Assembly: GCA_977020255.1 (NCBI GenBank)
Contig: CDROCS010001033.1
Location: 62,001-126,000 of the forward strand
DNA length: 64,000 nucleotides
Source: Obrimoposthia wandeli
Lineage: Eukaryota
Reading direction: 5' to 3'
The notes under the pieces were generated by a model that was not told where the DNA came from, ran no database searches, and worked only from the letters and a program-made list of their open reading frames with translations. The position numbers and the translations under genes are program-made. How positions within the stretch are numbered: position 1 is the first letter of the stretch; each line of letters begins with the position of its first letter. This document shows positions 1 to 9,405 of the stretch, piece by piece.

Positions 1-76
1 ATTTTAAAAATTATATCTTATTACATCTTGTTATCTTTTTTCTATAAACAAACCCCGTTTAAACTTATTGTTTCAA

Positions 77-349
77 ATGAATAATACTATAAATAGAGAC
101 AATGAAGTGGATCGTCTTGCCGACGAAATATTTTCTGGAAAAATTAGGGTTAAAGAAATTTTATCAGAATTAAAAAATAATGATATAACAAGAGATAACA
201 TTGAAATATTGGTTAGATCACACGTTATTCGAGAATTTAGAAATCGTACACAAATAAATAAAATTATAGCCAAATATTCATTAATTAATTTTTGTATTTC
301 ATCTACAATAGCTTTAACATTGTACATTTCAATAAGGAAACTTCTATGA
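77..349 (+). CDS. Small (about 90 aa) protein with C-terminal hydrophobic segment, upstream of the Polinton ATPase
   Basis: Open ORF ending SLINFCISSTIALTLYISIRKLL with a TATAAA upstream (42-47). It occupies the same position as 7388-7672 in copy 2. Confidence 0.5.
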   Translation: MNNTINRDNEVDRLADEIFSGKIRVKEILSELKNNDITRDNIEILVRSHVIREFRNRTQINKIIAKYSLINFCISSTIALTLYISIRKLL

Positions 350-386
350 TAATATAAACAATATTAAAAATGAAAGAGTATATGCA

Positions 387-965
387 ATGGAGCTAAATAA
401 TAATGCTGTATTTCAAATAGTTGGCCCAAGTGGAAGTGGAAAGACACATTTCGTCAGTAAATTGTTGCAAAATGAATCTCTTTTCAAATCTAGTTTCAAA
501 AATATTTATTGGCATCATGGTGGAGGAGGGGAAAGCGGGTTAACCAAAACACAAGTTTGCAAGTTGAAGGGTATAAAATTTATTGAAGGATTTGATGCAA
601 ATTGGTGTGAAAGATTGAAAAAAGAAGATGTAATAATAATTGATGATTTGTATGAGGAGGCTAACAAGGAATCGGACTTTAATAATTTATTTACAAAGAT
701 TGCAAGACATCGTGAAGTTACAGTTATATTTATCACTCAAAATCTGTTTCACCAAGGAGGTCACCATAGAACAAGAAATCTTAATGTACATTACTTAGTT
801 TTATTTAAAAATCCTAGAGATCAAACAGTTGTTGATTTTATGGCCAGACAGGCATTTCCTCAAAATATGAACTTTCTAGTTGATTCATTCCACGATGCTG
901 CTAAACAAGCACATGGGTATATATTTATTGACTTTACACAAAATAATAAGTTTTACCTAAAATAA
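387..965 (+). CDS. Polinton/adintovirus packaging ATPase (A32/FtsK-HerA-like), C-terminally truncated
   Basis: Walker A GPSGSGKT, Walker B IIIDD, FITQNLF and RTRNLNVHYLVLFKNPRD motifs. It ends after GYIFIDFTQ, where copy 2 continues with DCPDDFRVRTDIF. Confidence 0.9.
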   Translation: MELNNNAVFQIVGPSGSGKTHFVSKLLQNESLFKSSFKNIYWHHGGGGESGLTKTQVCKLKGIKFIEGFDANWCERLKKEDVIIIDDLYEEANKESDFNNLFTKIARHREVTVIFITQNLFHQGGHHRTRNLNVHYLVLFKNPRDQTVVDFMARQAFPQNMNFLVDSFHDAAKQAHGYIFIDFTQNNKFYLK

Positions 966-1420
966 TACATGCATATAATCACTCTGAACATAGAGGTCTC
1001 AAGGGAATGAGACCTGTTGATGTTACTAATAAAAACTCTATGGACATTTGGATGAACAGAAATAAAAAAGATAAAATTAAAAAAGCTAAATATAAGAAAA
1101 ACGAATATGTTCGAATTTCTAAAATCAGCTCTACTCCATTTATTAAAAATTGTGATCAGAATTGAAGCGATAAAATATTTTGTATAAGTAAAATTGATCA
1201 AAAGAGTAATCTAATAATGAATTATATTAAATATGCCTACAATAATATCATCCAGGGTAAATTTTACGAGCAAGAACTGCAAGTAATATCATATAAACCT
1301 AAGGTTTTCCGTATTCAAAAAATATTAAAATCTAAGGGTACTGGTAAACATAAACAATACTTTATTAAATGGTATGGTTATTCAAATCCAACTTGGATAT
1401 CAGCATCTAATATAATATGA
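945..1420 (+). pseudogene. Maverick integrase C-terminal region with chromodomain (disrupted)
   Basis: Translation gives VLPKIIHAYNHSEHRGLKGMRPVDV, YVRISK, QN*SDKIF, then chromodomain FRIQKILKSKGTGKHKQYFIKWYGYSNPTWISASNI. Contains stops and frameshifts. Confidence 0.8.
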
Positions 1421-1534
1421 ATTTTATGTATATGGTTTTAACTAGTAACGGATGCTCGAAGAGTAGGTAGGTGTGGCACTTCTGGAAAAAAGCCCCACCC
1501 CCTGAGGACAAAATGTATTTGTTCTACTTTTAGG

Positions 1535-1770
1535 TGACTCATCGATGACTCATCGAACAAAGACCATGACTCGTCGATGACTCATATCCTTTGTCTCCTA
1601 AAGTGCACATGACTCATCACGTGACCTCACAAGAGGTCAAGGTCATTTCAAGGTCATGACTCATTGCCTTTGATTCATTATACTCATCAGATGAGCCCAT
1701 GTGCGTACTATGAGCTCAAGGTTATTATAAGGTTCATGAGTCCATGTGCTCACCATGAGCTCAAGGTTAT
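1535..1770. promoter_or_regulatory. Cluster of TGACTCA (AP-1 consensus) and AGGTCA/TGACCT half-sites
   Basis: Five perfect TGACTCA between about 1536 and 1664, plus gaggtcaaggtca and tcaaggtca. Function is inferred only. Confidence 0.45.
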
Positions 1771-1773
1771 TAT

Positions 1774-2488
1774 AACATTAGAAATATCAATACCTTAATT
1801 GACTCTTAAGTTCTTAATGACTGTAATGATTTTATTTGTAGAATATTCATGATTGATATATCGTTAATTTCAGTTTAACATCTATGTAAGATTTCATAAT
1901 ATAGTAAAAATTTCTTTAGGTAAATTCTTGGATGTCAGACCAAGATCAGATCAAGCCTAATATATATAACTTTGAAAAGTAGAAAAATTAAATTTTTGAA
2001 GTCCACCCCTGAAGGTTAACCCACGAAGGTTTGACATTCTATCCACTTTGAGAGAACCTCCTTCGAATAACCATATTAAAGAATCGAAGAACAACCTTCA
2101 AAGAACCATCTCAAAGAATTATTTTAAAAGAACAAAATCAAAGAACTAACTTAATAGAACCATCTCAAAGAACCAGCTCAAAGAAGTAGCTTCAAGAATG
2201 AGCTCATAGTTGTGTGCTCATCAGGTTGTCCTTAAAGGCTTTATTCATGTTCTCAGTATGTGAAAGTTCCCATGGGAAAATCAGCATAGAAGAACAAAGG
2301 ACATCACGTGCACGTATGTTGCAAATAGTTGCAAATACTCGCAAATTGAAAATCACACAAAGGCATCACGTGACATTTTTTGTCTCGTCTCGGTGTGTGT
2401 GTGTGTTAATTTCTCTTCCCTGCCGCACACATTCACTCCGAAACAAAACAAGGCAGAGATTTTCTATCTCGTATCAGAGTGTGTATAC
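1774..2488 (+). repeat. Long inverted repeat, arm A (partner 9406-10105)
   Basis: Reverse complement of 9406-10105 matches almost base for base, from aacattagaaatatcaa to gagtgtgtatac. Confidence 0.95.
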
Positions 2489-2861
2489 ATTTGTGTCAAG
2501 AGTTATATCTTCATACAACTTCCAATTGGAGATTGATGAAAATGGCATTCTTCCTCAGATACCAACCAACAAAAACGGCTTAGTGAAATCTGATTTTGGA
2601 ACAATGCATAAAGTGTTGCTAAATTAAAATTATAAAATAGATAAAATTTCTTGTTCATAACCATTTCGGTCTTGCTAATAACTTGGCCGGTGTGGGCTTG
2701 GTGTGGGAATGTCAAATTCAGATAGCTCGGTGGTTCGCTCTAAAGCATGATATAGGTTTTATGTTATTAAGATTAAATAGAAGTGTTATAGAAATACGAT
2801 TGAGATCATTTACTTTATAATTCCATTCCGAGAAAAACGCAATTAAACGAGTTTATGGTCG
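2489..2861 (+). repeat. Dispersed 370-bp direct repeat (second copy 22657-23029)
   Basis: atttgtgtcaagagttatatcttcatac...gagtttatggtcg is near-identical at both sites. Confidence 0.9.
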
Positions 2862-3475
2862 TCGAGGAAAGCATGGATAGAGTTCATCTAAGTGCAAATA
2901 TTTAGTGTAATTTCATATTCAATTATCCAATGAGTATCGTTTGATAACAACAGTACAAATATCCTTGCATGCACTACCTTGCATTACATACCATATGAAT
3001 CACGCATTTCATCATGTAGTCCTCTTCATTCACATAAGTTCAAATTATAAAATACAATTGTCGATAAAACAAAATTACACTAGACGAATCAATAATGTGT
3101 TGTCTATTTTAATCTGTTTAATCCGTAATAGGGAATATAGTAGTTTGCCTTTCCAAAGAGCCAGACATGATGCATTGACACGAATAGTACTGGATGATGT
3201 AGCGAGTAAGTGTCAGAACCCCAAAATGAGAACATAAATATTTATGTCCAATCTGAACGTATCTGAATATTGTCAACATACGAGCAGACGATTTAAAAGC
3301 AGTCTTCGACCTGATAGGTTGTAAAAATAACTTATATGCATATAAATCTCTGCATCAGACTATATATGAAGAGATAAAGGATTTCATCTATACATATATA
3401 CTGAATGGAGCACCCAAGGCTGATTAGTGTGAAGCAAGACAATTATGGTTTTCTAGTGACAGACATCCTTTGGTG

Positions 3476-3584
3476 CTGGTATGATTTAAGAATTGCACAA
3501 CTGCGCCCATGTCTGTGATTCAGAGATCCATTACGGCAAAACCGAAAATACAAAGTAGCTGCAAATCGATCTACTGTTGACTTA
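3476..3584 (+). repeat. Short dispersed repeat (second copy about 30990-31103)
   Basis: ctggtatgatttaag...caaagtagctgcaaatcgatctactgttgactta is shared. Confidence 0.8.
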
Positions 3585-4337
3585 TTTGGTTTAAGAAGAG
3601 AAAAATAGTTTAGGAGGAGGTCCTTCGTATATTGTTCCATTCTCATGCTTGAAAGTGGGTGTTTATCCTTTGATTACGAATTTGTTTTCCTGAAGCGCAT
3701 AGTTGATTCCGAATTGAGTCAAGAGAATATTGATTCTCTCTTTATCCACAGAAGTCAAATTTTATATTTCAAAATCAAATTTAAGCGGCTTGATGTTGAC
3801 GGGGAAAATAAAATTATAGTTATGAGTTTTCTTCAAAAAGTGCATCTCATATTCATAATAAGTATGCATAGGTTGATATAGCTTTTCAAAATTCATATTG
3901 ACAATTATAATTTTAAATATTCAATTGTTTATCCTCTAAAGCTCAATTCTAATTGGTCGATATTCTTGTTTATGAAAATCGTTTAGTCTCAATTGGTTAA
4001 CATTCTTGTTTATGAAAATCGTTTAGTATTAGTCATATCCTTAAAGGGCTTACGTTCTTCGGTCACGCGCGTAGGACTTGTTATTGTTTGACTTGATGGA
4101 TTAATATTTTCTCTCTGATTATTTCTATTATAATTCATAAATTACTACCGGAACCTATATATGTACTAGCTCTACTTTGATTATTTTGATTATTATTGAT
4201 TATCGAAATATTGTTTATACTGCTTTATTTTTAAGACAAAGACATCACATGACTATTCTTGTGAATACTAAGAATGTTACTAAAAATAGATTTTCACTTA
4301 CTATATAAGCTAGACAATTTCATCATTCAATTTTGTT

Positions 4338-5334
4338 ATGACTACTAAATTTATTGCACATTATGTTTCGGAAAATGGAGAACTCAGCATTAGACGACGG
4401 CGTTTTGACAAGATTTCAAGAATAAATGAAAATATGATATATGAAGAAAGAAGATTAGATACATTACAAGCAAAGTTTACTGGTTTAGCGGATAAGAGAG
4501 CTTTAGCAAAAGCAGGATTTTACGGGCACGATGATTCGAAATATAATGTAATGTGTATTTACTGTCTGGGAGCAATATCGGAATGGGAGTACTATCTGAA
4601 ACCAATGAAGCGGCATCAGCTATTTTTCCCAAGATGCCCGTTTGTTTTGAAAATGAATGTTTCAAACGTACCAATAATTGATTCCAGCACCAAGCAAATT
4701 GATTTTGATTCTACTCCAATGGATAAAGTAGTTATTGTACGCAATAATTATTCTAATGATATTGAAACACCTACATTATCGATTTTTGATCATGTATATA
4801 TTTGGAATGATTCTTATCGATGTTGTTTCTGTCAGAAAGCAGTACCCCGACTTGAGTTTATTGATACTATGCCCGAAAGAATCTTTCATACTCGAGATTG
4901 TAAAGCATCTAGTATGGGAATCAAGAACGGATGTATTGTGGAATATCATATTAGTAATGATGAAATTGATGCTCAGATGGAAACTCGTCAAATAGTTTTG
5001 CTGAAACGTGATTATAGTCATGATAGAATCAAGGCCGTTTTAGTTAATAGATTTAAAACATTCGGTAACAAATATGATTCTATTTATGAGTTTATAACGG
5101 ATTTAAGATCTTTAGAAATAAAATCTGAGCCAAAACATCGTATAAATTATCTCGAGTACCTCTTACCAAATCCCGAATGTGTTGTTTGCATGAGCGATGC
5201 GATTTCCGTGGCATTTTTACCATGCGGTCACTTAAACACGTGTATTAAATGTTCAGATCGTTAAATGTCCATATTGCAAGACAATTATCATTAGACGAGT
5301 AAGAAATATTAGATTTCATAGCATAGGCAATTAA
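4338..5334 (+). CDS. iap: Intronless inhibitor of apoptosis (BIR + degenerate second Zn motif + RING), frameshifted in the RING tail
   Basis: BIR: RLDT..LAKAGFY..VMCIYC...EWE...MKRHQLFFPRCPFV. RING: CVVCMSDAISVAFLPCGHLNTCIKC. The ORF stops at 5264, but the last RING cysteines (KCPYCKT) continue in the +1 frame to 5334. Confidence 0.9.
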
Positions 5335-5400
5335 ACAAAGACATGCAATCTAAAAATAGATGTTCAAATAGTATAAATAGAAGAAATCAGTTTATAATAA

Positions 5401-5998
5401 TCAGAAATCCTACTTCACAATATCAAATTCGTGAATATTAATTACAAGGGAATGGTTGTAAGTAACAATCAACACTTACCATTTCGGACTTCGAAGCCTC
5501 ATCAGTATCGACTCAAGTGTGAAGGTTACACTATTATCCTTTTCAAATCTGGTAATTTATTTTACATTTATATATAATTATAATTTAGGTACATGCAGAA
5601 TAATGGGTTGCAAAACAGTGCTGGATGAAAGCAGTCTTCCTTTTGATATAAAAATCGAAAGAATCCAATCAATCAGTCTCAGTAGCAATCTAGAAACATC
5701 AATAAACCTGAACAAGATGAGTAAGAGTATGGCATCGGAAGCTGTTTACGAGACAGAAATCTTCCTGGGACTTCGATACGTCAAATACAATCCACTATGC
5801 GTGAAACTTTTTGCTAGCGGGAAGATTATGATACTTGGTGTTAAATCTTTAAACTATGAGTATCTGATTGAATGTATTTTGTTTAATATAGATCTTCACA
5901 CTTGTGTTATTTATTTCCTAAACCAAATAGTCGTTATGTGGTCTAAAAATAGATTTATCTTAGAGACAAAGACATCACATGTCATTACTTGCAAATAG
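5401..5998 (+). CDS. TBP-like (TATA-binding protein fold) gene with a 37-nt GT-AG intron at 5552-5588; start codon uncertain
   Basis: Splicing gives YTIILFKSG|TCRIMGCKT (cf. TBP LIFSSGKMVCTGAKS). The second repeat is VYETEIFLGLRYVKYNPLCVKLFASGKIMILGVKS (cf. YEPELFPGLIYRM..LIFVSGKVVLTGAK). Confidence 0.8.
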
Positions 5999-6112
5999 TT
6001 GCAAAAGTTGTAATGTTGCTAAAGATAGATTTATCTTAGAGACAAAGACATCACATGTCATTACTTGCAGATAGTTGCAAATAGTTGTAATGTGGTCTAA
6101 AAATAGATTTTT
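5927..6112 (+). repeat. Tandem repeat, about 76-bp unit x2.4, containing ACAAAGACATCACATG and TTGCAAATAGTTG motifs
   Basis: Directly visible. The motifs also occur at 4236-4251 and in the inverted-repeat arms. Confidence 0.85.
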
Positions 6113-6151
6113 CACGAGTTATAAACAATATTTTATTTGCTTTATCATAAA

Positions 6152-6250
6152 ATGGATGAAATTATTGAATGTAAAGAGGTTCAGGATGCATTAAAAGATC
6201 TTGCTTCAGTTATTCTTAATGCTTTAATTAGGAAAAATAATCATGAGTAA
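6152..6250 (+). CDS. Possible 32-aa peptide ORF (MDEIIECKEVQDALKDLASVILNALIRKNNHE)
   Basis: Short open frame right after the shared promoter-like cassette; no recognised homology. Confidence 0.25.
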   Translation: MDEIIECKEVQDALKDLASVILNALIRKNNHE

Positions 6251-6434
6251 TATTTATTTGTAGTTTATTTAACTCTTTAGGTTACGTCATCAATTTCATT
6301 TACATGAGATGTTAAGTACAATGTAAAGGTTGAATAATACTCCAATCAAATCACGCGGCTATGATGAAACTGATGCTCCAATGAAATCAAACCTCGTGTA
6401 GTATATAAGGGTAAATTGACTCTGAATTAATAAA

Positions 6435-7223
6435 ATGGAGAAAATCAATTCAGCATCACCAGCAGCAGCAACATCATCGCCAACAACTTCATCGCCAGCA
6501 ACATCATCACTGGCAGCAGCAGCAGCAACACTATCAGCAGCAACATCATCACCAGCAACAACAACAACAACAGTTATGAGAAGAGAAGAAACTATTGATG
6601 AAGTGATGATAGAAGAAGTTATTATAGATCCGATTATTGAAGAAGAAGATAAGAGACGATTAGATTTTTTAAATGCTTTGGCTTTTATGGAACCCATAAT
6701 AACTCATGCTTCCAGTATGGAAATGAACCATATGACCCATCTTTTTGATAGTTTGTTTAGTGCTAGATTTACTCAACTTAATGTAGAAAAGTTAAACAAA
6801 ACAAATATGAGTGAGATTTTAGTAAATCAAATATATATTGGTAATTATCGAGATGGGTTTGATGAAACTACACTTTTGAACTCCAATTTCACTCATGTAA
6901 TCAATACATCTATACTGGATAAGATATCTTATAAGAAATTAAAGTATACTTCTGTCTTTGTAAACTCAAAATTAGGAGAAACAATAATGAGATATTATAA
7001 ACAGACTAATAATATAATTAAAGAAACTATCGAAAATGGTGGTAAGATTTTAGTATGTGGTCATTATGGTAGTTTATATGCTGCTTGCATTGTTATTGCA
7101 TTTTTATCTCATTCGATGGGTGTTACTGCTGCTTCCAATCTTGTTAAAGCTAAACGGACTATTGCTGCTTCTAATGAAGCTATGTTTCATCAAATACGTA
7201 TTTTTAATCGCTATCATGTGTAA
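6435..7223 (+). CDS. Dual-specificity phosphatase-like protein lacking the HCX5R catalytic motif (pseudophosphatase), with Ser/Thr/Ala-rich N-terminus
   Basis: SEILVNQIYIGNY..FTHVIN..GGKILVCGHYGSLYAACIVIAFL..VKAKR..SNEAMFHQI follows the DSP consensus, but VHCxxGxSRS is replaced by VCGHYGSLYA. Confidence 0.85.
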   Translation: MEKINSASPAAATSSPTTSSPATSSLAAAAATLSAATSSPATTTTTVMRREETIDEVMIEEVIIDPIIEEEDKRRLDFLNALAFMEPIITHASSMEMNHMTHLFDSLFSARFTQLNVEKLNKTNMSEILVNQIYIGNYRDGFDETTLLNSNFTHVINTSILDKISYKKLKYTSVFVNSKLGETIMRYYKQTNNIIKETIENGGKILVCGHYGSLYAACIVIAFLSHSMGVTAASNLVKAKRTIAASNEAMFHQIRIFNRYHV

Positions 7224-7240
7224 ATTTTATTCTACTTTAT

Positions 7241-7328
7241 CTTTATTAATCAGTGTATTTATTAGTCAGTGTCTTTATTAGTTAGTGTCTTTATTAGTTA
7301 GTGTCTTTATTAGTTAGTGTCTTTATTA
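7241..7328 (+). repeat. 16-bp tandem repeat (ctttattagttagtgt) x about 5.5
   Basis: Directly visible between the DUSP-like stop and the next TATA box. Confidence 0.9.
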
Positions 7329-7387
7329 ACCAATCAGATTTCAGATGTATAGTATATAAACAGATTACTTTTTACTGCTTCTTCATT

Positions 7388-7672
7388 ATGTCTACTCCAA
7401 ACTATTTCAAGCAAGATGTTGACAAGGCGGTGAAGAACTTCATCTCGAAGAATGTCATAGAAGAAGATGTCCTGAAACTCATTGATGTTTCAAATCTACC
7501 CCTGGAGGAACACGTAAGAAGAATGGTGCACGACAAGGCAGTCAATCTTCTCATTCTGGGATACAATCAGAAGAAAGAACTTGCAAAGAAAGAAGAGAAA
7601 AGGAGCTTTTTCTACGAGAATAGTTTTTTATTGTTTCTTAGTGGATGTATTTTAATAAAATATTTTAAATAG
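7388..7672 (+). CDS. Small (94 aa) protein with C-terminal hydrophobic segment, upstream of ATPase copy 2
   Basis: MSTPNYFKQD...SFLLFLSGCILIKYFK, with GTATATAAA upstream; syntenic with 77-349. Confidence 0.55.
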   Translation: MSTPNYFKQDVDKAVKNFISKNVIEEDVLKLIDVSNLPLEEHVRRMVHDKAVNLLILGYNQKKELAKKEEKRSFFYENSFLLFLSGCILIKYFK

Positions 7673-7715
7673 TTTTGTCTTATAAACATTATCCCGATAA
7701 TCTAATATTTTTAAT

Positions 7716-8371
7716 ATGAACTTAAAAAATAATTCAGTTTTTCAGATTGTAGGTCCTAGTGGTAGTGGGAAAACACATTTTGTATGTAAATTACTGCAAA
7801 ATAATAAATACTTTACTTTTAAGTTTAATAAGATATACTGGCATTAGGGAGGAGATGGAGAAGCCGGTTTAACCAGTAAAGAGTTTAAGAAAATCAAAAA
7901 ATATAAAAAGTCATTAATGGATTCGATGATAATTGGTCTGAGCGATTACGTCATGATGTTATTGTTATTGATGATTTATATCAAGAAGCAAATAAAGAGA
8001 GTGCTTTCAATAATTTATTCACAAAAATAGCACGACATCGGGATGTAACTGTTGTTTTCATCACACAAAATCTATTTCATCAAGGAGGGAACCATAGAAC
8101 TCGTAAGTTAAATGTACATTACCTTGTTCTCTTCAAGAATCCACGTGATCAGACGGTTGTTGATTTTGTTTCAAGGCAAGCTCATCCGATAATAGAAAGT
8201 TCCTAATTGATTCATTTCAAGATGCAACTACTATTCGTCATGGATACATTTTTATTGGTTTTACTCAAGATTGTCCCGATGACTTTAGAGTTAGAACTGA
8301 TATATTCAATCCATCAGGAATTACCGTCTATAAACAAACAAAGAAACCAGTTTCTCGAAGATGAATTTTAA
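7716..8371 (+). pseudogene. Polinton packaging ATPase copy 2 (in-frame stop plus frameshifts)
   Basis: GPSGSGKT, IYWH*GG, VIDDLY, FITQNLFHQGG, YLVLFKNPRD; clear paralog of 387-965. Confidence 0.9.
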
Positions 8372-8789
8372 AAAGGAAGCTGTTAAATCTGAAGTTAAAA
8401 AATTGATTAAATCAGTTTTAAGTGCAAGGAAAATGGTTGCTCAAAAATCCTATAAGAAAAGAACTGTTGTTAAGAAATCTAGGAGTATTGCCTATTTCAA
8501 TTCTCTCATGCGTGCACCTGCTATTCGCCGCCCAGCTATTCTTAAATCATTCCCTACTTTTGTAATTGATGATTTACTTAATATGATACAGAAAATAGTT
8601 TCTGGTAAAATAATTGTCAAGGATAACATGAATCGGCATAAGAAACCTCTACTTGCTTTGTTTCACGCCAAAACACGGATCGGTAAACGTAAGTTACTTT
8701 ATAAGCAAAGTGGTGGATTTTTAGGATTTCTCGTACCAATTATTAGCTCAATAGTTGGTGCACTTGCTAGTAGACTAATAAAACGATGA
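8361..8789 (+). CDS. Basic Polinton core protein with adenovirus pX-like C-terminus
   Basis: Lys/Arg-rich protein ending KQSGGFLGFLVPIISSIVGALASRLIKR, resembling adenovirus pX (GG-ILPLLIPLIAAAIGA) with a possible protease site at xGG|F. Confidence 0.7.
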   Translation: MNFKKEAVKSEVKKLIKSVLSARKMVAQKSYKKRTVVKKSRSIAYFNSLMRAPAIRRPAILKSFPTFVIDDLLNMIQKIVSGKIIVKDNMNRHKKPLLALFHAKTRIGKRKLLYKQSGGFLGFLVPIISSIVGALASRLIKR

Positions 8790-8886
8790 TTATAAACATA
8801 AATTCGATTCAAAAATATGAATTTATATATGGGATCACATCCATCTATTCCTAAATTCAATATAAAAATCAAATCGTCTTGCTGTA

Positions 8887-9390
8887 ATGGAGAAAATATG
8901 GTTCGATCCAAGTTACACAAAACACTCAAAATTAGCAAAAGAGTCAAAGAAGGGGGGAAAGGAAACTCAGGCGTGGTTGAGAAATCAATTAGCTTACAGC
9001 TTAAACAAACCAATGAGACGTCGGTTCCCAACGAGATCATACAAAACAAGCGGCCCGAATGATTTATGGCAAGCAGATTTGATAAAAATGATTCTGTATG
9101 CGAGTATTAACGGTGGATATCGATATATTTTAACTTGTGTTGATGTCTTTAGCAGATTCGCGCGAGCTATTCCATTAAAGTCTACGTCTGGTATCGATGT
9201 TTTAGCTGCAATGAAGCTTTTGATTAAAGAAATAAAACCAAGAAATTTCCAAACAGATAATGGAAAGGAGTTTTATAATAAACATGTTGGAACACTATTG
9301 AAAAAACATAATATTAATCCTTACTCTGTATTTTCCCAATATAAAGCTGCTTTAGATGAACGTTTTAATCGAACATTTCCCCGGCATTGA
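8887..9390 (+). pseudogene. Maverick retroviral-like (DDE) integrase, N-terminus and core, truncated just after the catalytic Glu
   Basis: WQADL, YILTCVDVFSRFA, FQTDNGKEF, ERFNRT. The sequence breaks about 30 nt before the inverted-repeat arm at 9406. Confidence 0.9.
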
Positions 9391-9405
9391 GTGCTTCACT
9401 TGGTC

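Larger units (their letters stand above)
1..2488 (+). mobile_element. Maverick/Polinton-like element copy 1, internally deleted (small membrane ORF - ATPase - integrase C-terminus - long repeat arm)
   Basis: Polinton-type ATPase is joined directly to an integrase C-terminus/chromodomain at about 940-950, followed by a 715-bp arm that recurs inverted at 9406-10105. The left end is outside the window. Confidence 0.75.

Noticed and set aside
2214-2627. 137-aa ORF and its mirror ORFs at 9365-9645
   Set aside because: Chance frames within the repeat arm, crossing a repeat junction; not preserved between arms; no motifs.
2860-3900. Degraded minus-strand coding-like sequence (MNFEKLYQPMHTYYEYEMHF...) as a capsid gene
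   Set aside because: Multiple stops and no recognisable family motif; cannot be assigned by eye.
6359-6697. Minus-strand 112-aa ORF
   Set aside because: Antisense shadow of the low-complexity DUSP-like N-terminus.
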